Part shown: piece after piece, positions 10,579-19,922 of the stretch
How positions within the stretch are numbered: the stretch's first letter is position 1
Layout of the letters: each line of letters begins with the position of its first letter
The notes under the pieces: generated by a model
What the model saw: the letters and a program-made list of their open reading frames with translations, nothing else
Databases searched by the model: none
What the model was told of the DNA's origin: nothing
Position numbers and translations under genes: made by a program
Source: Herbaspirillum sp.
GTDB taxonomy: Bacteria > Pseudomonadota > Gammaproteobacteria > Burkholderiales > Burkholderiaceae_D
Assembly: GCA_019233085.1 (NCBI GenBank)
Contig: JAFAMT010000416.1
Span: forward strand, 1 to 46,871
DNA: 46,871 nt
Reading direction: 5' to 3'

Positions 10579-11982
10579 TCACAAGGCAGCAGCCTTGGCG
10601 GCGGCGAAATCAAGCACCTTGCCGCCATTCTTGACGGCCCAGTCGCGGGCGGAGTCCTTGAGCAGGAAGGCACTGGTCTCGCCCTTGGCCTGGACATACC
10701 AGGCATCGGCGGCCAGCAGCTTCAGGCCGGTTTCGCGGTCGTGGGCATAGACGGTACGGATCTTGCGGCCCGCCTGTTCGAGCTTGCGGGCCTCGCCCAG
10801 GGCCGATTGCAGCGTGGCGTAGTGACGCACCAGCGGCTCGCCCTGGACCCAGATCTGGCCGAGCCGCCTGGGGTCGGTGATGACCTTGCCGGTCAGGGCA
10901 TCCTTGGCATTGAGGGGCGACTTGGCGTAGTTCTTCAGCTGCTCGTCGTAGTCCAGGCCGGATTGCTTGTAGGCGGCCCGGATGTACTGGTCGTCGATGA
11001 AGGCATCGGCATCGAGGTCGGTCTCGGTGCGCTTCATGGCCTTGAGGGTGGCAATGGAGGTCTTGACGGCCTGGCGGTACTCCGGCTTCCACGTGAAATC
11101 ACGGGTCTGCAGGCCCAGCGGGCCGTGGAACAGGTAATTCACCTCGGCCTCGATGCCGGTCACCTTGGCGATGAGCTCGCTGTACTTCTCCGGCTCGGCG
11201 GCGATCAGGCGATTGGCTTCGATGGCTGCGCGCAGGTAGGCGATGACGATCTCGGGATATTTCTTCGCATAGTCGGCATCGACCAGGCTACCGTGGAAGG
11301 TGGGCGTGTCGGCTTGCGAACCGTCGAAGATCTTGCGGGCGAAGCCGCGATGCGGGAACAGCTCGGCAAAGGGGACAAAGTCGGCGTGCGCGTCGATCTT
11401 GTTGCTCTGCAGGGCAGAACCGGCCACTTCGGGAGCCTGGGTGATGATGTTGACGTCCTTGTCGGGATCCCAGCCCTGGTCCTTGACCGCCCGCAGCAGC
11501 ATGCCATGCGCGGTGGAGGCAAAGGGCACGGAGATGGTCTTGCCCTTGAGCTCGGACAGGGACTGCACCGGTGAGTCCTTGGGCACCACGATGCCATTGC
11601 CGCTGCCGCTGGTGCTGCCCGAGAGCACGGTGATGAACAGGCTCTTCCGGCCCGCCTTCTGGAAGGCCGCGCCGTTGAAGGAGCCGGGGAAGTCGGCCAT
11701 GGAGCCGATATCGAGCTTGCCGGCCACCATCTCGTTGGTCAGCGGCGCGCCGGAAGTGAAATTCTTCCATTGGATATCGTACTGGGCGTCCTTGTACTTG
11801 CCGTCATGGGGCAGGTACTTGTCGAGCAGCTTGAGTTCGCGGATCAGCAGGCCGCCGGTGGCGCAGTTGATGGTGGTGTCCTGGGTGCCGATGGCAATGC
11901 GGATGGTCTCGGCACTGGCAGAGGCCGCGGCCAGCGTGGAGAGGCCGAACAGCGCGGTGAGGAGGGTGTGGCGTAGTTGCAT
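10579..11982 (-). CDS. ABC transporter substrate-binding protein, TauA/SsuA/NitT type, with extra C-terminal domain
   Basis: Signal peptide ending ASA, FTSGAPLTNEMVAGKLDIG, LSELKGKTISVPFAS. 467 aa, longer than a typical SsuA. Confidence 0.88.
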   Translation of the reverse strand: MQLRHTLLTALFGLSTLAAASASAETIRIAIGTQDTTINCATGGLLIRELKLLDKYLPHDGKYKDAQYDIQWKNFTSGAPLTNEMVAGKLDIGSMADFPGSFNGAAFQKAGRKSLFITVLSGSTSGSGNGIVVPKDSPVQSLSELKGKTISVPFASTAHGMLLRAVKDQGWDPDKDVNIITQAPEVAGSALQSNKIDAHADFVPFAELFPHRGFARKIFDGSQADTPTFHGSLVDADYAKKYPEIVIAYLRAAIEANRLIAAEPEKYSELIAKVTGIEAEVNYLFHGPLGLQTRDFTWKPEYRQAVKTSIATLKAMKRTETDLDADAFIDDQYIRAAYKQSGLDYDEQLKNYAKSPLNAKDALTGKVITDPRRLGQIWVQGEPLVRHYATLQSALGEARKLEQAGRKIRTVYAHDRETGLKLLAADAWYVQAKGETSAFLLKDSARDWAVKNGGKVLDFAAAKAAAL

Positions 11983-12030
11983 GGAGGGTTTCCCGAAAGA
12001 TGAAGTCCTGCCTTCTGTGTACTTTTCTGG

Positions 12031-12264
12031 TCAGCGCAGCAGGTATGGTATGTCGACATGGACTGCTCCGGTAGGGCAGTCCTTCTCACAGGGCATGCAA
12101 TACCAGCACTCGTCGAACTTCATGTAGGCCTTGCCTTTCTCGGCGTGGATGGCCAGCACGTCGAGCGGGCAGACATCGACGCAGACGGTGCAGCCCTTGT
12201 CGGCGATGCATTTGTCCTCGTCGATGGTGACCGGGACACTGGTGATGGAAAACGCGGTGGGCAT
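12031..12264 (-). CDS. 2x[4Fe-4S] ferredoxin (AprB-like)
   Basis: CIADKGCTVCVDVCP and CWYCMPCEKDCP. Confidence 0.92.
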   Translation of the reverse strand: MPTAFSITSVPVTIDEDKCIADKGCTVCVDVCPLDVLAIHAEKGKAYMKFDECWYCMPCEKDCPTGAVHVDIPYLLR

Positions 12265-12281
12265 GGGGTCCTCTCAAGCAA

Positions 12282-14015
12282 TCAGGCGGCAGCCGGTTCG
12301 GCTTGTTTCTTGATGCGCAGGTGCTGGTAGGCCGACTTCTCCTGCTCGTCCAGGGGCACGATGTAGGGCTCGATGGGGCGCTTGAAGCTGACCATGCGGC
12401 CGTCCTGCTTCTGCAACTGGGCGTGTACCAGCCATTGGGCATCATCGCGTCCCGGATAGTCGACCCGGTTGTGGTACAGGCCCCAGCGGCTCTCGGTGCG
12501 AAACAGCGAGGCCCGCGCCGCCATCTCGGCGCAATCGCGTATGGCATGCACTTCCATGGCGCGCATGAGTTCATGCGGATTGCGCGCCTGCAGCTGCGCC
12601 AGGTCGTCGCGGATGGCATCGAAACGCTGCAAGCCGATTTCCATCTTGCGGGTCACCTTGGGCGGCTGCAGGTAGTCGTTGACCATGCGGCGCAGCTTGT
12701 ATTCCACCTGGTTGGGCGGCAGGCCGTCCTGGCGCGATAGCGGCGCCCAGACCCGCGCGCGTTCAGTGACGACCTGCTGATGGTCGAGCTCGGGCAGTGC
12801 ATGGTCGGCGCAATAGCTGACCGCGCTTTCGCCTGCCAGGCGGCCATAGACGAAGGCCCCCAGCATGTAGTTGTGCGGCACGCAGGCCAGGTCGCCGGCT
12901 GCATGGAGGCCCGGCACCGTGGTGCGGGCATGTTCGTCGACCCATACGCCGGAGGCCGAATGGCCGCTGCACAGGCCGATCTCGGAGATGTGCATCTCCA
13001 CCATCTGCTGGCGATAGTCGGTACCGCGCCCGGCATGGAAACGTCCGCGGCTGGGCCGTTCGTTGGTATGCAGGATGGTCTCGATGGTGTCGATGGTTTC
13101 CTCGGCCAGGTGGTTCAGCTTGAGGAACACCGGACCCTTGCCGCCTTGCAGTTCGTTATAGAACTCCTGCATCATCTGGCCGCTCCAGTAGTCGCACTCG
13201 ATGAAGCGCTCGCCCTGGCTATTGGTGGTGAAACCGCCGAAGGGACCGGTCACATAGGCGCAGGCCGGGCCGTTGTAGTCCTTGATCAAGGGATTGATCT
13301 GGAAGCACTCGATGCCCGACAGCTCAGCCCCGGCATGGTAGGCCATGCTGTAGCCATCGCCGGCATTGGTAGGGTTCTCGTAGGTGCCGAACAGGTAGCC
13401 CGAGGCCGGCAGGCCCAGGCGACCCGCCGCGCCGGTAGCCAGCACCACGGCCTTGGCGCGGATCACATGGAAGTCGCCCGTGCGGCAGTCGAAGGCCATG
13501 GCCCCGGCGATGCGGCCATCGTCGGCCGTCAACAGGCGCGTAGCCACCAGGCGGTTGGTGATCTCGACGCGGGCGCGTTTGAGGCGCCGGTACAGGACCT
13601 TCTTGATATCGTGGCCTTCCGGCATGGGCAGGACATAGGTACCCATGTGATGGACCTTGCGCATGGCGTAGTCGCCGGTCTCGTCCTTCTCGAACTTGAC
13701 GCCCCAGCGGTCCAGCTCCTCGATCATCGAAAAGCTGTTGCGGGCATAGGCCATCACGGTCTTCTGGTTGACGATGCCGTCATTGGCGATGGTGATTTCC
13801 TTGACGTATTGCTCAGGCGTGGCAAAGCCGGGGACGATGGCATTGTTGAGCCCGTCCATGCCCATCGAGATGGCGCCACTGCGCTTGACGTTGGCTTTTT
13901 CGAGCAGCAGCACGCGCAGCGCCGGGTTGGCTTCCTTGGCCTTGGCAGCGGCCATGGGGCCGGCCGTGCCGCCGCCGATGACCAGTACGTCAACACTCTG
14001 TACATGGGTGTCCAT
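12282..14015 (-). CDS. Fumarate reductase/succinate dehydrogenase/APS reductase (AprA-like) family flavoprotein
   Basis: DVLVIGGGTAG FAD motif, KRSGA, AKAVVLATG, NAGDGYSMAYHAGA, TTVPGLHAAGD, RTESRWGLYH.R.DYP. Start set at MDTHVQ (14015). Confidence 0.9.
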   Translation of the reverse strand: MDTHVQSVDVLVIGGGTAGPMAAAKAKEANPALRVLLLEKANVKRSGAISMGMDGLNNAIVPGFATPEQYVKEITIANDGIVNQKTVMAYARNSFSMIEELDRWGVKFEKDETGDYAMRKVHHMGTYVLPMPEGHDIKKVLYRRLKRARVEITNRLVATRLLTADDGRIAGAMAFDCRTGDFHVIRAKAVVLATGAAGRLGLPASGYLFGTYENPTNAGDGYSMAYHAGAELSGIECFQINPLIKDYNGPACAYVTGPFGGFTTNSQGERFIECDYWSGQMMQEFYNELQGGKGPVFLKLNHLAEETIDTIETILHTNERPSRGRFHAGRGTDYRQQMVEMHISEIGLCSGHSASGVWVDEHARTTVPGLHAAGDLACVPHNYMLGAFVYGRLAGESAVSYCADHALPELDHQQVVTERARVWAPLSRQDGLPPNQVEYKLRRMVNDYLQPPKVTRKMEIGLQRFDAIRDDLAQLQARNPHELMRAMEVHAIRDCAEMAARASLFRTESRWGLYHNRVDYPGRDDAQWLVHAQLQKQDGRMVSFKRPIEPYIVPLDEQEKSAYQHLRIKKQAEPAAA

Positions 14016-14049
14016 GCATTCTCCTTGCGGGTGGATGGGCGGACTGCGA

Positions 14050-14805
14050 TCAGCTTGCTGCCGGCCCGCCGCGCGAAATGCGCAGGTGGTACTGGAAGGT
14101 CTCGCTGCGGAAATACAGATATTCGAAGTCGAAGGGGCGCCCCTGGGCGTCATAGGTCAGGCGCTCGATGCGCAGCAGGGCACTGCCTTGCGGTACCTGC
14201 AAGGCCTCGGCCAGCGCCGCGTCAGCCAGCACGGCGCCGATCTGCAGGTCGGCATGGCCCAGCGGGATGCCGAAATCATTTTCGAAGATCAGGAAGATGT
14301 CGCGCCGTGCCAGGTCTTCATGGCGCAGGCGCTCGCCCAGTTCCTCGGGCAGGTAGGTGATTTCCAGCGAAACGGGTTCGCCATCCAGGTGCCGGATGCG
14401 GCGGATCTCGGTCACGCTGGTGGCGGGGGCCACGGCCAGGCGCTCGGCCACTTCCGGGGTGGCCGCCAGGCTGCGGTGGCCGATCACCCGGTTATGGATC
14501 TCGTGCCCCTGGCGCGCCATGGCTTCGGCAAAGCCTTCCAGCCGGGTCAGTTCCTGCTGGGCCTTCTTGCGCGCCACGAAGGTCCCCTTGCCGGCGATCT
14601 TGAAGATCACACCTTCGCGCTGCAGGTCCGACAGCGCCTGCCGCACCGTGATTCGGCTCACGCCAAAGAGGGCGCCCAGTTCGCTCTCGGAGGGCAGGCG
14701 CTGGTGGTCGCCATAGGTGCCATCGAGGATGCGCTCGCGCAGGCGATCCTTGATCTGGACATACAGCGGGACAGGGGAGGGAGCGATGACATCGAAGGCG
14801 GACAT
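14050..14805 (-). CDS. GntR-family regulator (HutC/UTRA subfamily)
   Basis: PLYVQIK, LPSESELGALFGVSRITVRQAL, GKGTFV, C-terminal UTRA-like domain. Start set at MSAFDV (14805). Confidence 0.9.
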   Translation of the reverse strand: MSAFDVIAPSPVPLYVQIKDRLRERILDGTYGDHQRLPSESELGALFGVSRITVRQALSDLQREGVIFKIAGKGTFVARKKAQQELTRLEGFAEAMARQGHEIHNRVIGHRSLAATPEVAERLAVAPATSVTEIRRIRHLDGEPVSLEITYLPEELGERLRHEDLARRDIFLIFENDFGIPLGHADLQIGAVLADAALAEALQVPQGSALLRIERLTYDAQGRPFDFEYLYFRSETFQYHLRISRGGPAAS

Positions 14806-14902
14806 ACGGGTTCCTGGCAAATCGGGCTGGGTGAATACGGCTGGGCAACCTGTCATGACAGGTTATGACCGAGGCAATGGTAAGGATCGGTGCCTTGGAG
14901 TG

Positions 14903-14938
14903 GAACGAATCAATTCGCGCATCGATATGCGCAAAACG
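14903..14938. promoter_or_regulatory. Putative shared operator upstream of the gntR-flavoprotein operon (box 2)
   Basis: GAACGAATCAATTCGCGCATCGATATGCGCAAAACG with internal dyad GCGCAT-N4-ATGCGC. Similar to 7463-7498. Confidence 0.45.
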
Positions 14939-15007
14939 TTGTCAGTCGTTTTCGATCATTGTTGCCGACAGGCAGTGGCCCGGTCGCAAGAGCCAGTGCG
15001 GCAGGGA

Positions 15008-15829
15008 TCAGTCCTCGCCGGACGCCACCAGCGCCCCCTCGATCCCATGACGGGTGAGGGCGGTGGCGACGAAGCCGGAGGCTTTCATCTCCTCCACGAA
15101 CGCCGCCAGGTAGTCGGCCGCCTGCTGCCCGCGGGCGGTGGGCAGGCCCATGGCCTGGCGGATCACCATGAAGCGCTGGTCCAGGATGCGCAGGCCACCG
15201 ACCTTGGCGGCGTCGGCCTGCAGTTGCTGCTTTACGCCGGCGGCCACGTCCAGCTGCTGGTCCAGGAAGGTCGGCACCACTGCCGCCGAGGTCGGGGTGC
15301 GTACCAGACTGGCCTGTTTCAGCGCGCGCGAGAGGAAGAGATCATAGGCGCTGCCCCGGCCGACGGCCACGGTCACGCCGGGCCGGTCGACCTGGGCATT
15401 GGTGGTGATGGGCGAGTCGGCACGTACCGCGTAATACCCTTCGATGAGCACATAGGGCCGGGTGAAGTAGATCTCGCGGGCGCGCCCTGGGTCGATGGCG
15501 AAGAAGCCGATATCGGCCTGGCCGTCTTCCAGATTGCGCACCGAGCCGGCCGCCGTCTTGCCCACCACCAGTTGCAACGGCACACCCAGGCGCAGCGCCA
15601 GTTCGCGCGCCAGGTCCACCGACACGCCAACGGCCTGGCCGCTGGTCGTGTCCATATTGGCCAGCACCGGGTTGCCCAGGTTGATGGAGGCACGCAGCAC
15701 CCCGGTGGGAGCGATCTGCCTGACCAGTGCGGGATCGGCCGCCAGTGTCAGTGAAGGGAGCAGGGCAGTCGCCAGCAGCGTGCTGGCGAATGTGCGACGC
15801 AGGCGGGTGAGGGAGAACGCTAGGATCAT
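15008..15829 (-). CDS. Orphan ABC substrate-binding protein, family 3 (amino acid-like)
   Basis: Signal peptide, APTGVLRASINLGNPVL, GVSVDLARELA, VGRGSAYDLFL. Start set at MILAFS (15829). Confidence 0.82.
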   Translation of the reverse strand: MILAFSLTRLRRTFASTLLATALLPSLTLAADPALVRQIAPTGVLRASINLGNPVLANMDTTSGQAVGVSVDLARELALRLGVPLQLVVGKTAAGSVRNLEDGQADIGFFAIDPGRAREIYFTRPYVLIEGYYAVRADSPITTNAQVDRPGVTVAVGRGSAYDLFLSRALKQASLVRTPTSAAVVPTFLDQQLDVAAGVKQQLQADAAKVGGLRILDQRFMVIRQAMGLPTARGQQAADYLAAFVEEMKASGFVATALTRHGIEGALVASGED

Positions 15830-15934
15830 GGCAGCCTGGACAGTGGAAGACAGGGACAGTGACAGCACCGATGTTAGCCAAATTGCCGACGACTCGCCCG
15901 CCTCGATGACAACTGGCGCCAGATTCCTGAACCG

Positions 15935-18568
15935 CTAGGCGGCCCGGTTAAGCTCGTCGAACTGGGCCGGCGGGACCGGGTAGCCGATCAGGTAGCCCTG
16001 GTAACGGCCGCATCCCAGTGCAGCCAGGAACTGTTGCTGTGCCAGTGTCTCCACGCCTTCGGCGATCACCTCCAGGCCGAGCGCCTCGGCCAGCGCGATG
16101 ATGCTCTTGGCGATGGCCACGTCGCTGGGCGCCACCAATAGTTCGCGCACGAAGGACTGGTCGATCTTGATCTGGTCGATGGGCAGGCGCTTGAGCAGTG
16201 ACAGCGAGGAATAACCGGTCCCGAAGTCGTCCAGCGACAGGGCAAAGCCGTGGCGCTTGAGTTCCAGCATCTTGACGATGGTCGCCTGGATGTCGTCGAC
16301 CATGGCCGACTCGGTCAATTCCAGCTTCAGATGAGAAGCACGTGCGCCGGTCCTGGCCAGGATCTCCAGGACATTGTCCACGAAGTCCGGCTGGCGCCAT
16401 TGCACCGCGCTGACGTTGACGGCGATGACCACCGCGCCCTTGTCATCCTGGCCGTTCCAGCGCACCGCCTGGCGGCAGGCCTCCTCCAGCACCCATTGGC
16501 CCAGCGGCAGGATCAGCCCGGACGCCTCGGCCAAGGGGATGAACACGCCCGGCGAGACCGCTCCCCGCTTGGGGCTGGTCCAGCGCGCCAGCGCCTCGGC
16601 GCCGATCAGGGAGCCCGCCAGGTCGCGCTGCGGCTGGTAATGCAGGGCGAATTCACCGGCCTCGATGGCACGCCGCAGGTCGGCCTCCAGGCCGATGCGG
16701 AAATGCAGCGCATGCTCCATCTCCACATCGAAGAGACAGTAGGTGTTGCGGCCATTGGTCTTGGCGGCATACATGGCCAGGTCACCCTGGCGCAGCAGGT
16801 CTTTCACGCTGGCGTGTTCATCCTGCATCAGCGCCACGCCCACCGAGCAGGTCGCGAAATGCCCCATCCCATCCAGCTCGAAGCGCCTATCCATGCAGGC
16901 GATGATCTGCTGGGCGAAAAGCGTCGCCTTCTGTGCCGCCTCCGCACGCGGCAGCGCATGCAACAGCACCACGAATTCGTCGCCCCCGAGCCGCGCCACC
17001 AAGCCGTTGTCGGCCACTAGCACCAGCAGGCGCGCGGCGATCTGCTGCAGCAGCAGGTCGCCCATGGGGTGGCCAAGGGCGTCGTTGAGATCCTTGAAGT
17101 TGTCGACATCGATGAAGAACAGCGCCGCCATGGTCGGGCCGCCGCCAGCCTTCGAGACGGCCGCCTGTATCTGCTCCAGCAACAGCCGGCGATTGGGCAG
17201 GGCGGTCAGGGGGTCGTAGAGGGCCAGCTGGCGCGTCTCTTCCTGCAAGGCCTTCTGGGCGCTGATGTCGAGCTGGGTACCCACGTAGTGACTCACCTCG
17301 CCGTCCGGCGCGGCCACGGCGGTAAGGGTCAGGACGGCGCAGAATTCGCTGCCATCCTTCTTGCGCACCAGCAGTTCGCCATGCCACTTGCCACGGTCAT
17401 GCAACAGCTCCCAGAGCTGGGGCCGGAAGTCCAGGGACGAGTTTTCCTGCCGGCAGGGCGGCATGGCCTGGCCGGCGAGATCCTCCAGGTGGTAGCCGGT
17501 CAGCTCGGTGAAGGCGGCATTGACTTCCAGTACCCGGCGCTGGGCATCCATGACCCAGATCGCCTCGGCCGAATGAAAGGCGGTAGCGGCGATGCGCAGG
17601 GAGGCTTCGCTTTGCATCAGCTTGTCCGTGCGACGGGCCACCTCCCGACGCAGGTAGAACGCCATCAGGCTGGCGCAAGTCAACAGACTCAATGCGCCCC
17701 CCAGCAGCCACCACACATAGGGCGGGATGCCGGTGTTGACCGGCGCCCATTTGCCCAGGATCTGGTAGTAGATCGACCTGGGATCGGCTTGCCACCGCGT
17801 CAGGTAACGGTCGATGGTGGCCAGTATGTCCAGGTCATGGCCTTTGGCACTGACGAAGTACAACTTCACCGGCTGGAACACGATATTGGTAGCAGACAGG
17901 CGGTGACGGTCAGCCAGCATGTCGCCGACTTGCTGGCTGGCGATCACGCCATCGATCTGGCCGGCCGCGGCCATGCGAAAACCCGTTTCCAGGTCCTGCA
18001 GGGTGACCAGGCTGACCTGGATCCCGGAGCTTTCCATCAGATTACGGAAGTAGCTCGACTGCACCGAGTTGCCCAGCACGCCGATCTTCTTGCCCTTGAG
18101 GTCGAACACCGACTGGATCGTGACCCGTGAATTGCGATACAGGATGGACCAGCCATACAGCGCCGGAACGGTAGAGAACTGGAAGAGCTTGTCGCGCTCC
18201 TCCGAATAGGCCACGTCGGGCAGCAGGTCGATCAACCCGGACTGCACGCCGCGCAGGCAGGCTTGCCAATCACAGGGGACGAAACGCAGCTGCCAGCCCT
18301 CGTGGTCGGCCACCTGGCGCAGCAGGTCGATGTGGATCCCGCTGGCCTGGCCGGCGGGATCGAAGAAGATCTTGGGGGGATTCTGGTAGACGCCGACCTT
18401 CAGCTCGCGCTGGGCGGCGTGCGCCTGTGCCAGCAGGCACAGCGACACCAGCAGGACCAGCAACAGGCTCCACAGCTGCATCGGGCGTACCTCAGCAGCT
18501 GCCCTGACAGCGAGGCCGCCAGCACGAACAGATCGGTTTGCTGTCAGGTAGTTTGCCAGGGTCTTCAT
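15935..18568 (-). CDS. Periplasmic PBP sensor-TM-PAS-GGDEF-EAL c-di-GMP signalling protein
   Basis: N-terminal hydrophobic segment and family-3 PBP domain, TM helix near aa 285-305, PAS (VNAAFTELTGY), YDPLTALPNR, RLGGDEF, AEALARW, DDFGTGYSSL, AEGVET. Confidence 0.92.
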   Translation of the reverse strand: MKTLANYLTANRSVRAGGLAVRAAAEVRPMQLWSLLLVLLVSLCLLAQAHAAQRELKVGVYQNPPKIFFDPAGQASGIHIDLLRQVADHEGWQLRFVPCDWQACLRGVQSGLIDLLPDVAYSEERDKLFQFSTVPALYGWSILYRNSRVTIQSVFDLKGKKIGVLGNSVQSSYFRNLMESSGIQVSLVTLQDLETGFRMAAAGQIDGVIASQQVGDMLADRHRLSATNIVFQPVKLYFVSAKGHDLDILATIDRYLTRWQADPRSIYYQILGKWAPVNTGIPPYVWWLLGGALSLLTCASLMAFYLRREVARRTDKLMQSEASLRIAATAFHSAEAIWVMDAQRRVLEVNAAFTELTGYHLEDLAGQAMPPCRQENSSLDFRPQLWELLHDRGKWHGELLVRKKDGSEFCAVLTLTAVAAPDGEVSHYVGTQLDISAQKALQEETRQLALYDPLTALPNRRLLLEQIQAAVSKAGGGPTMAALFFIDVDNFKDLNDALGHPMGDLLLQQIAARLLVLVADNGLVARLGGDEFVVLLHALPRAEAAQKATLFAQQIIACMDRRFELDGMGHFATCSVGVALMQDEHASVKDLLRQGDLAMYAAKTNGRNTYCLFDVEMEHALHFRIGLEADLRRAIEAGEFALHYQPQRDLAGSLIGAEALARWTSPKRGAVSPGVFIPLAEASGLILPLGQWVLEEACRQAVRWNGQDDKGAVVIAVNVSAVQWRQPDFVDNVLEILARTGARASHLKLELTESAMVDDIQATIVKMLELKRHGFALSLDDFGTGYSSLSLLKRLPIDQIKIDQSFVRELLVAPSDVAIAKSIIALAEALGLEVIAEGVETLAQQQFLAALGCGRYQGYLIGYPVPPAQFDELNRAA

Positions 18569-18667
18569 ACCGCCTGAGTGCAGAGTGAATTAGTTTTTTA
18601 CCAATTCTACTGGGATCAGGCTGATTTGAAAGAATTAAATATGCTGACGCTATCCGACCGCATTTGC

Positions 18668-19849
18668 CTAGAAGAAGCCCAGGGTAGGCAGCCGTACCTG
18701 GTTCACGCTCAGGTTGCCCAGGGCATAGGCCTTGTGGCTGGTATGGTTGTGGGTCGACACGGTGCGGATGTTGCGCCAATGGCGATCCAGGTTCAGGTGG
18801 GACAGGGTGGCCGAGGCACCGGCGATGTCGAACAGGGCCGTGGCGGCGTGATGGGCGATGCGATCCACCGTGACCTTGGCCTTGGCGGCCGCAGCAGCTG
18901 CCTCCTGGACCTGGTCGTCGACATCGGGGGCCTCGGCCTGCAAGGCCGCATAGGCGCGGTCGGCTTGTTCGGCCGCGGCCAGCACGATGGCACGCGTGGC
19001 GAAGGCATCGGCCTCGCGTTCGCCCAGGGCCGCCAGCAGGATGGGATCTTGCGAGGCCGCTGCCGTCGGGGCGTAGTAGAAGTTACGCTTGCGCTTGCCC
19101 AGCAGGGCTGCGGAATCACGCGCAATGGCACTGACCACGCCGGCAATGACGCCGGTCAGGAACAGTTGCGCGATGGTCGAGCCGAACACGGCCTGTCGTA
19201 CCGGCACCTCATGGGGCAGCAGGACTTCGTCGGCCTTCACCAGTACGTTCTCCAGCAAGGTCGTGCCGCTGCCAGTGAGGCGTTGCCCCATGCCGAACCA
19301 GTCGTCCACGGTCTTGATGCCTTCCCTGTCGCGGGGCAGCAGCACGATGGCGCGCGCGCCGTCTTCTGCAGAGACGGTGATGTGCAGCCAGTCCGCAAAG
19401 AGCGAGCCGGTCGAATAGAACTTCTGTCCGTTGACCACATAGTGATCGCCCTGGCGCTCCAGGCGCGTGGACAGCGGGCCGGCGCCACCGATCTGGTCAT
19501 GTCCCAGTTCGGTATGGGCCGCGCCGATGAGTGCGCCAGCGGCGACCTGTTGGCGCAGATGGCGCAGTGCCGGGTGCTGCGAGGGAGTATTGAGCACGCG
19601 CTCCAGCGCCACATGGTGATTGCGCCAGATATGGGCGATGTTGGGATCGGCCTGCGCCAGGGTGATGGCCGCATCCAGGGTCTCGACCAGGCTGGCGCCG
19701 CCGCCACCGTAGTGGGCTGCCAGGCGACGCGCACCGAAGCCGGTGGACTTGATCTCGTTGATGAGGGCGAAGGGTTGCTCGCGCTGGGCATCGCGCTGGG
19801 CGGCGCCATCGGCGATACGTTGCAGCAGTTCGGCTGGGAAGGCAGACAT
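18668..19849 (-). CDS. Acyl-CoA dehydrogenase-fold flavin monooxygenase, DszC/SfnB-like
   Basis: VNGQKFYSTGS, DDWFGMGQRLTGSGT, LDRHWRNIRTVSTHN. No flavin reductase recognised nearby. Confidence 0.85.
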   Translation of the reverse strand: MSAFPAELLQRIADGAAQRDAQREQPFALINEIKSTGFGARRLAAHYGGGGASLVETLDAAITLAQADPNIAHIWRNHHVALERVLNTPSQHPALRHLRQQVAAGALIGAAHTELGHDQIGGAGPLSTRLERQGDHYVVNGQKFYSTGSLFADWLHITVSAEDGARAIVLLPRDREGIKTVDDWFGMGQRLTGSGTTLLENVLVKADEVLLPHEVPVRQAVFGSTIAQLFLTGVIAGVVSAIARDSAALLGKRKRNFYYAPTAAASQDPILLAALGEREADAFATRAIVLAAAEQADRAYAALQAEAPDVDDQVQEAAAAAAKAKVTVDRIAHHAATALFDIAGASATLSHLNLDRHWRNIRTVSTHNHTSHKAYALGNLSVNQVRLPTLGFF

Positions 19850-19922
19850 GAGGGCGTGTCCTGTATGAGTAGCATCGCTGTTGATGGGATGCAGACATCA
19901 TAGGGGCAGGCGGGGGCGGGCC

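Noticed and set aside
12282-14015. Calling the flavoprotein sdhA, frdA or true aprA
   Set aside because: No membrane anchors, SdhB, sat or qmo genes. The context is an ABC importer, so only a family-level call is supported.
8820-14868. Long plus-strand ORFs (604, 363, 526 and 366 aa)
   Set aside because: Antisense to clearly identifiable ABC, flavoprotein and GntR genes, with no motifs of their own.
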